A stretch of DNA of 64,000 nt from Bacteriovoracaceae bacterium (GTDB lineage: Bacteria > Bdellovibrionota > Bacteriovoracia > Bacteriovoracales > Bacteriovoracaceae): positions 928,001 to 992,000 of the forward strand of contig JBLWTJ010000001.1 of NCBI GenBank assembly GCA_048270185.1, given 5' to 3'. Under the pieces are notes generated by a model. That model was not told where the DNA came from, made no database searches, and saw only the letters and a program-made list of their open reading frames with translations. A program made the translations under genes and the position numbers. The stretch's first letter is position 1. Every line of letters begins with the position of its first letter. Shown piece after piece: positions 1 through 9,673 of this stretch.

Positions 1-2
1 AG

Positions 3-596
3 GTATTTTATTTACTGATCCTTGGCCTCTTTCTCTATCAAGAAAGAGTTAGCACTAAGAAACTTTTAGTTTTCTTCTTCGCATTCTTTGGAGTTTTTCT
101 AATCTTAAAGGGTCAAATCGAGTTCTATACAGATGAAGATTTCTTCTGGGGCGTTCTCTTTGGGCTGGCCACAGGGCTTTGCTACTCTCTTTATACTACT
201 TCGATTAAGAAAACGACGAATATGCAATTTAAACAAAGTGTTAATTCACTACAAATTATCACTTTCTCTTCTCTTGTAACTGGATTTTTACTAGCATTGG
301 CCTCCCTCTTTGAAGTCCAAAATATTACAAGTATCTCAAGTGTTATAGGCCCAGTTCTAGGGCTGGCCATAGTTTGTCAGATCATTGGATGGAGCCTCAT
401 CAGCTTTGGACTTAAAACAGCTCCTCTTTCAATTTCAGGTTTGATTATACTTATGCAACCAGTTATTGCTAAAATACTAAGCGTTGCCATATTTAATGAG
501 CCATTTTCAAAATTAGAATTAATAGGCGCTGCCATTTTATTAACTTGTATTTACTTTGGAACACAAGTGGCAAGACCTCATAAAATAAAGAATTAA
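3..596 (+). CDS. DMT/EamA family transporter (5' truncated by window edge)
   Basis: Frame is open from base 3 (VFYLLILGLFLYQERV...) through the 222..596 ORF; multiple TM helices; C-terminal EamA pattern QPVIA..LS..IFNE..S..ELIGAAILL. Confidence 0.85.
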   Translation, partial: VFYLLILGLFLYQERVSTKKLLVFFFAFFGVFLILKGQIEFYTDEDFFWGVLFGLATGLCYSLYTTSIKKTTNMQFKQSVNSLQIITFSSLVTGFLLALASLFEVQNITSISSVIGPVLGLAIVCQIIGWSLISFGLKTAPLSISGLIILMQPVIAKILSVAIFNEPFSKLELIGAAILLTCIYFGTQVARPHKIKN

Positions 597-606
597 TAAA
601 AGGATA

Positions 607-2979
607 ATGATGAGAGTAACTTTCTATTTAATTTTGCTATTATTACTTTTAGGAAGTTGCTCAGGGCCAGAAGAATCGATTTATCTTACACCTGAAGTTA
701 GAAAAGAACATGAGTCACTTTATCAGAATGCTCAAGAGAACTTAGAGCAATCACCTCTCGAATTTAAGAAAAAAAACTTAGAAGAAATTCATCAAGTAGT
801 TCGAACAAAGCACATTGATTTTAACAAGCAAGTAAAGCCAATTATCGACAATCGTTGCGTCGTTTGTCACAGTTGTTACGATTCTCCTTGCCAGCTAAAA
901 CTTACAGCAAAAGAAGCCATCACTCGTGGAGCTTCAAAGGAGAAGGTCTATGAGGGCGATCGACTTCTCGCAATCCCCCCAAGTCGACTCTATGTCGATG
1001 CGAAAAATACAAAGCAGTGGCGTTCGAAAGACTTTTATCCCGTTATATCTGATGAGGGCCATGAAGGTCTCAAAGGACTTAATAGCAGTAGTCTTGCTAA
1101 GATGTTACTTCTTAAAAGTCGGATCCCATTACCGCAAACTCCAGTACTTCCTAGCAGCCTAGATTTTAGTTTAGAAAATGATCGTTTTTGTCCTAAGCCT
1201 GAAGAGATGCAAGATTATGCAGAATCATCTCCATTTGGTGGTATGCCTTACGCGCTCCCGGCCCTGACAAAAGCTGAAAATTACACAATTCTAAAATGGG
1301 TTGCCCAAGGTTCGAAGATTGAAGATGAAAATAAGATATCTAAGAGTGATCAAATCTATATTGAGAAGTGGGAAGATTTTCTCAATCAAAAGAGCAATAA
1401 AGCAAAGCTAATGAGCCGCTACCTTTATGAGCACCTCTACTTGGCCTCTTTATATTTTAAGAAAAGTGACACGCCAGTTTTCTATCAATTAGTTCGATCG
1501 AAAACACCGATAGGAAAGCCAGTTGATATTATTGCAACAAGAAGGCCCTTTGATGATCCAAAAATTGAAAAATTCTACTACCGTCTAATTAAAAGAAAAG
1601 AGACGGTCGTTGCCAAGAATCATATGCCATATCTCTTTGATCAAAAGCGTATGAATTGGTATCAAAATTTATTTTTAAAACCAAAGTATATAGTTAAAAA
1701 GCTTCCATCATATAGACCTGATATCGCATCAAATCCATTTGAATCATTTAGAGACATCCCAACGAAGTCAAAGTATGAATTTCTTTTAAAGGAGTCAATG
1801 TATACTATTTCAGGTTTTATAAAAGGCCCTGTTTGCCGCGGACAAATCGCCTTAAATGTTATTCAAGATCATTTTTGGGTCTACTTTCTTGATCCTAAAA
1901 TTTATGACAACAACGATAACACGCTAATACAAGAGCTTGCTCATATGAGTCTTCCCGCAGAGTATTCAAACCGCAAGGGCGGTATTCAGTGGTTCAAATA
2001 CGAAATTGAAGAAAAAAAATATTTAAAGAAGAAATTTGAAGTTATTAATAAGACAAAAGATCTACTATCTATTGATTCTATATGGAATGGAAATAGAAAG
2101 AATCAAAATGCGGCCTTAACAATTTTTCGCCACTTTGACAGTGCCAGTGTCGTCAAAGGTCTAGTCGGACAAGTCCCTAAAACAGCTTGGGTCTTTGACT
2201 ATCCTCTACTTGAAAGAGTTCACTACTTATTAGTTGCAGGCTTTGATGTCTATGCCGATGTCTCTCACCAATTAAACACTAGACTTTATATGGACTTTCT
2301 TCGTATGGAAGGAGAATCTAATTTTCTGGCCTTTTTGCCATCTCAGTCGCGAATTAAAGAAAGAGATCTTTGGTATAAGAATGCATCTGAGAGTGTGAAA
2401 GACCATATCGTTGGCCGTTACGCATGGATAAAGAAAGAGCCAAAGATAAAGTATCAAACAAAGAATCATAAGTATGAGTTACACGAGAAACTTAAGAATC
2501 ATCTTGGAACGGCCCTCAATCACCAGTATGACGTCAGCAATAAGATACTCAGTGCACTCATGACCGAAGTTGATCCTAAGATAGTTGATATGGAGCTCTT
2601 TTCTCAAGTTTCATATTTACTCATTGATAACGAAGTCTATAGTTTGATTCATAATAATGCTCACGAAAATATCACTCACCTTTTAACAGAAGGTAGTAAT
2701 AGGGCCAAGAATGAAGATAGCTTCACTATTGTTAAAGGAGCAGTAGGAACGTATCCAAATACTATTTTTAAAATGAATATAACAGAAGTTCCTGAGTTCG
2801 TAGGCTTGATAGAGAAAGTTACATCACCAAGAGAGTATGCACGATTACTTGATCGTTTTGGCGTACGTCGCAGTAACCAAGACTTCTGGAAAATCCTCGA
2901 TCGTATTCATAAAATCAATAAAGCAGCTGATCCAATTGAATTTGGTCTTCTCGATTTAAATCGTTTAGAAAATCGATAG
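607..2979 (+). CDS. cti: Fatty acid cis/trans isomerase (c-type heme, lipoprotein signal)
   Basis: RCVVCHSCYDSPCQLKL heme motif, FIKGPVCRGQIALNVI, FRHFDSASV, C-terminal GLLDLNRLENR; lipobox LLGSC. Confidence 0.92.
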   Translation: MMRVTFYLILLLLLLGSCSGPEESIYLTPEVRKEHESLYQNAQENLEQSPLEFKKKNLEEIHQVVRTKHIDFNKQVKPIIDNRCVVCHSCYDSPCQLKLTAKEAITRGASKEKVYEGDRLLAIPPSRLYVDAKNTKQWRSKDFYPVISDEGHEGLKGLNSSSLAKMLLLKSRIPLPQTPVLPSSLDFSLENDRFCPKPEEMQDYAESSPFGGMPYALPALTKAENYTILKWVAQGSKIEDENKISKSDQIYIEKWEDFLNQKSNKAKLMSRYLYEHLYLASLYFKKSDTPVFYQLVRSKTPIGKPVDIIATRRPFDDPKIEKFYYRLIKRKETVVAKNHMPYLFDQKRMNWYQNLFLKPKYIVKKLPSYRPDIASNPFESFRDIPTKSKYEFLLKESMYTISGFIKGPVCRGQIALNVIQDHFWVYFLDPKIYDNNDNTLIQELAHMSLPAEYSNRKGGIQWFKYEIEEKKYLKKKFEVINKTKDLLSIDSIWNGNRKNQNAALTIFRHFDSASVVKGLVGQVPKTAWVFDYPLLERVHYLLVAGFDVYADVSHQLNTRLYMDFLRMEGESNFLAFLPSQSRIKERDLWYKNASESVKDHIVGRYAWIKKEPKIKYQTKNHKYELHEKLKNHLGTALNHQYDVSNKILSALMTEVDPKIVDMELFSQVSYLLIDNEVYSLIHNNAHENITHLLTEGSNRAKNEDSFTIVKGAVGTYPNTIFKMNITEVPEFVGLIEKVTSPREYARLLDRFGVRRSNQDFWKILDRIHKINKAADPIEFGLLDLNRLENR

Positions 2980-3038
2980 AAGTTATTGTAGTTAATTTTT
3001 TTGTTAATTAATTAAATAAAATTGCCGAGTAATTGCCC

Positions 3039-3800
3039 ATGGATAAAGTACTACTTTCGTGGGTTGGTAACGAAGAAATTGAATCATATTCACCGAGATG
3101 CTCGACGATTAATCGCCTCTTCTCTGCTCTTAGTATAGATTTTAAAACTAAAATTATTGGTATAGACTCTGAACTAAAAGGTGCTAGTGAAAAGCTACGA
3201 GGACTACCTATTATCATCGATGGTAATAAGAAAATCATGGGACAGCGAAATTGTATTAATTATCTTCGCGAACTCAGAGGTGAATCTGAAATTTTTCAAC
3301 TAACTGATGAGCAGAGAATTCAAGAACAAATTCTCTTTGATTGGTGCCTCTCCTCTCTACATGCAACCACAGTATATTTTCAATTTAAAGATATTTCTGG
3401 ATTAAATGGTATGCGAAAAAGAATTTTAAAAAGTGCAAAATTAAATGGTGACACCGAAGATACAATTGAAGATGTGGCCAATCCGATTAAGGAGGCCCTA
3501 TTAAATTATGTCTCAGGCTTTGAAATTATGGATATGGATAAAGATGAGGCCATTGCCTACTTCGACGCACAAGTTTCGTATATCAATGAAATGCTTGGTA
3601 ATAAGCAATTTCTCTTTGGTCATTCATTAAAGGTGATTGATATTGCCATCTACACTCACTTTTCTCGTGCACTACTTCCAGGACTGGCCGCAACTGAGCA
3701 TATAAAGAGAAAGTATAACCGAGTTATTCGCTGGCTTTTGAAAGTAGCCGCTCAAACGAGATCATCAAATAATATTTATCCTTCTCACCTTGAATCATAA
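3039..3800 (+). CDS. Glutathione S-transferase-like protein (metaxin/FAX-like)
   Basis: N-terminal SYSPRC, LPII.DG motif, C-terminal LGNKQFLFG....IDIAIY; ATG at 3039 preferred over TTG 3033. Confidence 0.65.
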   Translation: MDKVLLSWVGNEEIESYSPRCSTINRLFSALSIDFKTKIIGIDSELKGASEKLRGLPIIIDGNKKIMGQRNCINYLRELRGESEIFQLTDEQRIQEQILFDWCLSSLHATTVYFQFKDISGLNGMRKRILKSAKLNGDTEDTIEDVANPIKEALLNYVSGFEIMDMDKDEAIAYFDAQVSYINEMLGNKQFLFGHSLKVIDIAIYTHFSRALLPGLAATEHIKRKYNRVIRWLLKVAAQTRSSNNIYPSHLES

Positions 3801-3871
3801 TTTCATTTTACGTCGAGTTTGAGCTAAAATTACATAGAATTTATTAATTTTAGCAGTAGGAAATTATCGAG

Positions 3872-4573
3872 ATGAAGGATATCGCAATCATTATGGCAAT
3901 GGATTCAGAGGCCAAGCCACTTTTAGAGATGCTCAATCTAGTAGGTAAAGAAACAAAGCTTGATCCAAAGCTTCCAATGAAACTCTATCGTTGTGAATAC
4001 CACGGTCATAACCTCTCAATTATCATTAGTGGTGAGTGTAAGAACCATGGCGTTCAAAATGTTGGAACAGCTCCGGCCGTTACCTCTACTCTTATTGCCA
4101 TCAGAGACCTAAAGGCTGACTTCATTATAAATGCAGGAACAGCTGGAGGTTTTAGAAAACGTGGTGTTGAAATTGGAGAAGTCTACACAGTCGACACAAC
4201 TGTTTTCCATGATCGTCGTATACCTATTCCTGGCTATGAAAATTACGGAATTTATAAGACAAATCACGAAATGGCACACAAGTATGCAAGTGAGCTTGGC
4301 ATTAAGACAGCAACGATTTCAACAGGTAACTCACTTGATATGTGCAGTGAAGATGAAAAGCTTATAGAGAGCAATAATGCTCACCTCAAGGATATGGAAG
4401 CCGCTTCTATTGCCTGGATTACAGATCAATTCCAAGTTCCTACTCTCTTTCTAAAATCTGTAACTGACATCGTTGACGGAGAGCATCCAACACAGGAAGA
4501 GTTCTTTGCCAATCTGCAATTAGCATCAGATAATTTAGGAAAGAAATTAACGCAACTGATTCAACTGATCTAA
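3872..4573 (+). CDS. mtnN: 5'-methylthioadenosine/S-adenosylhomocysteine nucleosidase
   Basis: AMDSEA, INAGTAGG, STGNSLD, KDMEAASIA, KSVTD motifs of the PNP/MTAN family. Confidence 0.85.
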   Translation: MKDIAIIMAMDSEAKPLLEMLNLVGKETKLDPKLPMKLYRCEYHGHNLSIIISGECKNHGVQNVGTAPAVTSTLIAIRDLKADFIINAGTAGGFRKRGVEIGEVYTVDTTVFHDRRIPIPGYENYGIYKTNHEMAHKYASELGIKTATISTGNSLDMCSEDEKLIESNNAHLKDMEAASIAWITDQFQVPTLFLKSVTDIVDGEHPTQEEFFANLQLASDNLGKKLTQLIQLI

Positions 4574-4583
4574 GGAGAGATTA

Positions 4584-5000
4584 ATGAAGAAGCTAATCGC
4601 AACTCTTATAATATTACCGACTCTAGCTGTACCATGTGGTGGTCAAGAAGGTGAATATCGAATTAATAACGATGGAACAGAAGGTGGATTCGTTTCTGCG
4701 ACGGCCTATGTTTCAAAGAGTGTCTATATTGGTGCGAACGCACAAGTTTGTGACTACGCTCAAGTAACAGGCTCTGCCAAGATCACTGGAAATGCGATTA
4801 TTGCAGATCATGCAAAAGTCTGGGGCAATGCTCACGTTTATGAAAATGCACAAGTATATGATGAGGCTTCAGTTTGGGATAACGCCCAAGCTTATGGTGA
4901 AGCAAGAATCTATGGTTTTGCAGGGCTAAAGGGAAATGTTCGTGTTTACGGAAAAGCACGTATGTTTGATGCAACTTATTCTTCTGGGCGTTACTACTAA
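4584..5000 (+). CDS. Secreted left-handed beta-helix (hexapeptide repeat) protein
   Basis: Signal peptide, then about 13 A-x-V-x-(G/D)-N hexapeptides (AQVCDY AQVTGS AKITGN AIIADH AKVWGN AHVYEN ...). Confidence 0.75.
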   Translation: MKKLIATLIILPTLAVPCGGQEGEYRINNDGTEGGFVSATAYVSKSVYIGANAQVCDYAQVTGSAKITGNAIIADHAKVWGNAHVYENAQVYDEASVWDNAQAYGEARIYGFAGLKGNVRVYGKARMFDATYSSGRYY

Positions 5001-5008
5001 GGACAAAT

Positions 5009-6955
5009 ATGAAAAAGTACTTCTTAATTTTACCTCTCTTACTTTCTATTTATAGTTGTAAGGAGCAAACTCAAGTTAAGCTTCGAATCATTGAGACAAC
5101 TGATCTTCATGGTTACTACAAAGATTATGACTACTATCAAAATCAAGAGAGTAAGAAGTTTGGACTCGTAAAAACGGCCACACTTGTTAAGAAGTACGCT
5201 AATAGCGCTGATAATTATACTCTAATTGATAACGGAGACCTCCTACAAGGTAATCCAATGGCAGACTTTGTGGCCACTCATGGAAAAGATGGTATTCACC
5301 CGGCCTATAAGTTAATGAATCACTTGAAATATGATGTTGGGAATATAGGAAATCACGAATTCAACTACGGACTAGACTTCCTAAAAGAATCACTAGCTGA
5401 TGCAAAATTTCCATATATTAGTGCTAACGTCTTTCACGACGAAGGCGGAAAACCAGGTAAGCCTTACTTTAAACAATATGTGATTATTGAAAAGAAAGTG
5501 AAGGATACAAAGGGTAAAGAGCACAAACTTAAAATTGGTTACATCGGCTTTGTTCCTCCGCAAATTATGAAGTGGGATAAAGTTAATTTAACGGGAAAAG
5601 TTCTTCCTCGTGATATTGTTGAAGTGGCAAAAGAGCTCACGGTAAAAATGAAAGATGAAGGTGCTGATATTATCATCGCCATTCCCCACTCAGGCATCAG
5701 TACAGATGAATACAAGCTCTACGCCGAAGACTCTGTTTACTACCTTAGCCGCGTACCTTTCATAAATGCTATTGCCTTTGGCCACTCTCATGCCCTATTT
5801 CCTTCAAAAGAATATGACGGACTTAAGGGCGTCAATATTCAAAAAGGGACAATCAATGGCATCCCTGCCGTTATGCCAGGGAAATGGGGATCACACGTAG
5901 GCCTTATTGATTTAAAAATTAACTTCGATGGTAATCGCTGGGAAGTAATCGACGGTCAATCAGAAGTTCACTCAATCTATGACAAGGCTTCTGATACAGC
6001 TGTTAAGCCAGACCTTGAATTAAGTGAAATCATTGAAGCCGATCACCAAAGAACACTAAAACTTGCTAATGAGAAAATTGGATTTTCAAAGCAGAACTTC
6101 TATAGTTACCTTTCACTCATTCAAGACGATGCAGCAACTCAAATTGTATCAAATGCACAAATTGCCTATGTTAAGAATGCAATCCAAGGTGATCCAAATC
6201 TTTCTGATCTGCCAGTTCTTTCGGCCGTCGCACCTTTTAAAGTAGGTGGCCGCAAGAATGATCCAGAAGGATTTACGGTGGTTGAAAAAGGAGACCTCTC
6301 TTTAAGAAATGCAGCAGATCTCTACCTCTACCCTAATACACTCTACGCTCTAAAGATTACAGGTAAAGAGCTTAGGATGTGGCTAGAATGTTCGGCCGGT
6401 CTTTATGCCCATATCGATCCAAATTATGACAAACCACAACCACTAATTAACTGGGGTGGTTTTAGAACTTATAACTTTGATATGATTGATGGTGTGACGT
6501 ATGAAATTGATGTCACAAAGCGAAGACACTTTGACGAGAACTGTAAGGCTTTAAACAAGGACTCATTTAGAATCACAAAATTAAAATATGCCGGTAAAGA
6601 TGTTCTTGATGAGCAACAATTTATTATTGCCACAAATAACTTCCGTGCCACAGGTGAGAAATTTGCAGGGACAAAGAAGGAAAATGTTGTCTTTGCAGCT
6701 CCCGATACAAATCGCCAAGTTCTCATTAACTTTATTCGAAATGAAACAAAGAAGAATGGTTTTGTTGAAGCTGAACCAAATGGAAATTGGAAAATTAAGA
6801 GTGTTCCTAATGCACAAAATTTAAAAGTATACTTTGAGACTTCTCCTTCAAAGAAGGCCAACCTCTATATTAAAAGGAAGTCGAATTATCCTCTTCAAAA
6901 ACTTCCTAAGCTTGATGACGAAGGTTTCGCACGCTATCAAATCATCCTAAAATAA
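5009..6955 (+). CDS. cpdB: 2',3'-cyclic-nucleotide 2'-phosphodiesterase/3'-nucleotidase
   Basis: ETTDLH, DNGDLLQGNP, GNHEFNYG, GHSH metallophosphoesterase motifs; APFKVGGR, LYLYPNTL, YNFDMIDGV; lipoprotein signal. Confidence 0.93.
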   Translation: MKKYFLILPLLLSIYSCKEQTQVKLRIIETTDLHGYYKDYDYYQNQESKKFGLVKTATLVKKYANSADNYTLIDNGDLLQGNPMADFVATHGKDGIHPAYKLMNHLKYDVGNIGNHEFNYGLDFLKESLADAKFPYISANVFHDEGGKPGKPYFKQYVIIEKKVKDTKGKEHKLKIGYIGFVPPQIMKWDKVNLTGKVLPRDIVEVAKELTVKMKDEGADIIIAIPHSGISTDEYKLYAEDSVYYLSRVPFINAIAFGHSHALFPSKEYDGLKGVNIQKGTINGIPAVMPGKWGSHVGLIDLKINFDGNRWEVIDGQSEVHSIYDKASDTAVKPDLELSEIIEADHQRTLKLANEKIGFSKQNFYSYLSLIQDDAATQIVSNAQIAYVKNAIQGDPNLSDLPVLSAVAPFKVGGRKNDPEGFTVVEKGDLSLRNAADLYLYPNTLYALKITGKELRMWLECSAGLYAHIDPNYDKPQPLINWGGFRTYNFDMIDGVTYEIDVTKRRHFDENCKALNKDSFRITKLKYAGKDVLDEQQFIIATNNFRATGEKFAGTKKENVVFAAPDTNRQVLINFIRNETKKNGFVEAEPNGNWKIKSVPNAQNLKVYFETSPSKKANLYIKRKSNYPLQKLPKLDDEGFARYQIILK

Positions 6956-6973
6956 CTCTCAAATATATCTCAT

Positions 6974-7005
6974 TTAAGGCGTAAGTTACTAAATTTACGC
7001 CTTAA
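6974..7005 (+). terminator. Hairpin after cpdB, probable terminator
   Basis: ttaaggcgtaa-N10-ttacgccttaa 11-bp inverted repeat; weak U-tract. Confidence 0.5.
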
Positions 7006-7108
7006 CACATTAATAATATGACATTTTAATCAATCGAGGATAATATCTAAGGTCCGAGAATGAAGCGCATCGAGCGCGACTCTCGTCTAATTAATAAAAG
7101 GAATTTAT

Positions 7109-8485
7109 ATGTCAGTTTACGTCAATAGAACACTTAATATGAAGAAGATCAAGGCCATTGGCTTTGATATGGACTACACGCTTGTTCGTTATAATACAGA
7201 AGCATTTGAAAAATTCGTTTTCGAATTAGTCCTAAAGAAACTTGTGGAAGTTAAAGATTACCCAAAAGAAGTAATGGATTTAAAATTTGATTTTAATCAA
7301 GTGATTCAAGGTCTTATTATCGATCGACTTCGTGGAAATATTCTACAAACAAATCGCTATGGAAAAGTAAAAATTGCAAAGCACGGTACAAAGCCAATGG
7401 ACTTTCATGATCAAAATGAAATCTATGGAAATAGTATTATCGATTTAAATTCAGATCAGTATCAGTCTCTTGATACTAACTTCTCGATTTCAAATGGAGC
7501 GATGTTTGCAAATCTCGTTGATCTTAAAGACCAAGGATTTAAACTTCCAGATTACGAAACGCTTTCACACGATATCAAAGAAGTTATCGATATCGCCCAC
7601 TCTGATAATTCACTTAAAGGTTATGTTGAAAATCACCTTGAAGACTTTATTATCAAAGACCCTGAAGTTGCAAAACTACTAGAGCGCTTTAAGCGTTTTG
7701 GTAAGAAGCTAATTCTTATCACAAATAGTGAATGGACTTGGACAAAGAGATTGATGGAATACACAATCAATCCATTTCTAAAAGAGCACGAGACATGGAC
7801 AGATCTATTTGATATTTCAATCTGTCTTGCTTGTAAGCCGCGTTTCTTTAACGTTAGTAATATGTTTCTTGAAATTCAGCAAGAAACTGGGCTTATGACA
7901 AATGCAGAGGGAAAGCTTGAGCCAAATAAAGTTTACCAAGGTGGATGGGCCGGAAAACTTCAAAAAGATTTAGGTCTTAACGGAGAAGAAATTTTATATC
8001 TTGGTGACCATATTTACGGTGACGTTCTAACTTTAAAGAAAACATTTAACTGGAGAACGGCCCTTATTCTTGACCCTCTTGAAGCTGAGATTGCGGCCAT
8101 CAAAAAGTCGACACCAACACAGACTTTAATTGACCAGGAAATGCAAAAGAAAGAAGAACTTGAGCATGAGCTTAATAAGCTTGAACTTCTAAAACATGAA
8201 GATCCTGAAAAGTATAATAAAGAAGATATTGGAAAGATCTTTAGTGAAATTGATAAAATTAACTCAAGGATTTCTCAGCATCTTGAAACTTACCGTCAAT
8301 TCTTTAATCCACACTGGGGAGAAATGATGAGAGCAGGCCTTGAAGAGTCTCGCTTTGCTGATCAAGTTGAAAAGTACGCATGTTTCTATATGGCAAAGAT
8401 TACAGATCTTCTTGAATATACTCCGCGTACTTACTTTAGACCTAAGAAGAGAATCCTAGCTCACGAGGACTCAACTCTACTCTAA
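7109..8485 (+). CDS. HAD-IG family 5'-nucleotidase (cN-II-like)
   Basis: GFDMDYTL, LITNS, KPRFF and YLGDHIYGD HAD motifs. Confidence 0.9.
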   Translation: MSVYVNRTLNMKKIKAIGFDMDYTLVRYNTEAFEKFVFELVLKKLVEVKDYPKEVMDLKFDFNQVIQGLIIDRLRGNILQTNRYGKVKIAKHGTKPMDFHDQNEIYGNSIIDLNSDQYQSLDTNFSISNGAMFANLVDLKDQGFKLPDYETLSHDIKEVIDIAHSDNSLKGYVENHLEDFIIKDPEVAKLLERFKRFGKKLILITNSEWTWTKRLMEYTINPFLKEHETWTDLFDISICLACKPRFFNVSNMFLEIQQETGLMTNAEGKLEPNKVYQGGWAGKLQKDLGLNGEEILYLGDHIYGDVLTLKKTFNWRTALILDPLEAEIAAIKKSTPTQTLIDQEMQKKEELEHELNKLELLKHEDPEKYNKEDIGKIFSEIDKINSRISQHLETYRQFFNPHWGEMMRAGLEESRFADQVEKYACFYMAKITDLLEYTPRTYFRPKKRILAHEDSTLL

Positions 8486-9450
8486 GGCTTAAACTGAGAA
8501 TTAACAAATTGACGAAAGACTTTGTAAACTTCGTCACCATATCCCCCGGCCATAACCCACGCCTGGGGGATACCTCTCTTCTTAAGTAACTCGTAAGTAT
8601 ATAGATCTCGCTTTAGACAATCTTCTAAACTTAATTGAATCCCTTTTGCACTTTCTAAAATATCATCAACGTAGACATCGGCCCCTTGAACGACCATACA
8701 TAGGTCATAGTCATCATTGAGATATTCTTCAATACGGCCTTGCTCTTTCAGATAGTCGTCACTTGGTAAGACAGGAATATCATAAGTACTAGGAGTAAAA
8801 CTTGAATTTGTTTTATCAGGATTGTCCAGCGGCCAACCTTCTTTCATGTGAATTGAAATACAGTCAATCGAATCATCATCTTTTAAAATTTCCGCAGTCC
8901 CGTCACCTTTATGGGCATCAGTATCAATCACAAGGGCCCTTTTAATCTTACCGTCCTTTTGTAACTTTCTAATGGCGATGACCATATCATTAAAGAGACA
9001 AAACCCCCCTGGCCCATCACTCTTTGCATGGTGCATGCCTCCACCTAAGTGATAGCTAAAGCCAGATTCAAGAGCATTACAAGCTGCCAAATATGTTCCT
9101 TCACAGTGACCAAGGGCGCGTTGGATAAAATCACTAAGAGGTTTTGTGGCACTATCGGGATCATAGCGATGATAGCTGCCATCTTCATTGATAAGCTCAT
9201 ATGCTTTAAGAACGACACTCTGAGGATCTTTTTTACAACTTTCCACAAATTCAGGAGTGTGTGCAAGAAGAAGCTCATCAAGAGTAAAATTTGTAAGTTT
9301 TGAATTTACGAGGAATTTTGAATTCTTATAATCACTTAGAATTTTCGTCACTCGCTCGTCTCTAAGAGGCACGCCAATGCCGTATTCAAGATAACTCCCG
9401 AGAGAGTCTTTCATAAAATACATTCTGCTCTTTGATTGATCATACTTCAT
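8482..9450 (-). CDS. Histone deacetylase family (Zn-dependent amidohydrolase)
   Basis: GGGMHHA, GGFCLFND, DTDAHKGDGT, GAD, GGY motifs. Confidence 0.9.
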   Translation of the reverse strand: MKYDQSKSRMYFMKDSLGSYLEYGIGVPLRDERVTKILSDYKNSKFLVNSKLTNFTLDELLLAHTPEFVESCKKDPQSVVLKAYELINEDGSYHRYDPDSATKPLSDFIQRALGHCEGTYLAACNALESGFSYHLGGGMHHAKSDGPGGFCLFNDMVIAIRKLQKDGKIKRALVIDTDAHKGDGTAEILKDDDSIDCISIHMKEGWPLDNPDKTNSSFTPSTYDIPVLPSDDYLKEQGRIEEYLNDDYDLCMVVQGADVYVDDILESAKGIQLSLEDCLKRDLYTYELLKKRGIPQAWVMAGGYGDEVYKVFRQFVNSQFKP

Positions 9451-9580
9451 CTAATACCTCTTAAATCGATTATATTTAAAGATAACTTGTCAGTTCGTTC
9501 TAATATTATATATTTATACCTTAAATCCTCTTGTAAATCTTACAATATTAGCGTTTGCTGGACCCGTTCTGCTATATTAG

Positions 9581-9672
9581 GGTGCCATGCTCCTTTGGTT
9601 TCGCATCTGCTAAACAAAGGCCTAAGCATAGGTAAAGATTTAGCAGATGCGAAACCAAAGGAGCATGGCACC
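9581..9672. repeat. Perfect 34-bp inverted repeat with 24-nt spacer, covering the RBS of the downstream gene
   Basis: 9581-9614 ggtgccatgctcctttggtttcgcatctgctaaa is the exact reverse complement of 9639-9672. Confidence 0.95.
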
Positions 9673-9673
9673 A

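Noticed and set aside
4730..4970. Repetitive-looking DNA as a possible CRISPR or tandem repeat
   Set aside because: The periodicity is the 18-nt coding repeat of a hexapeptide protein; there are no identical repeats with spacers.
9540..9673. Lysine riboswitch upstream of saccharopine dehydrogenase
   Set aside because: No lysine riboswitch core or multi-helix junction is visible; the region is a single perfect hairpin.
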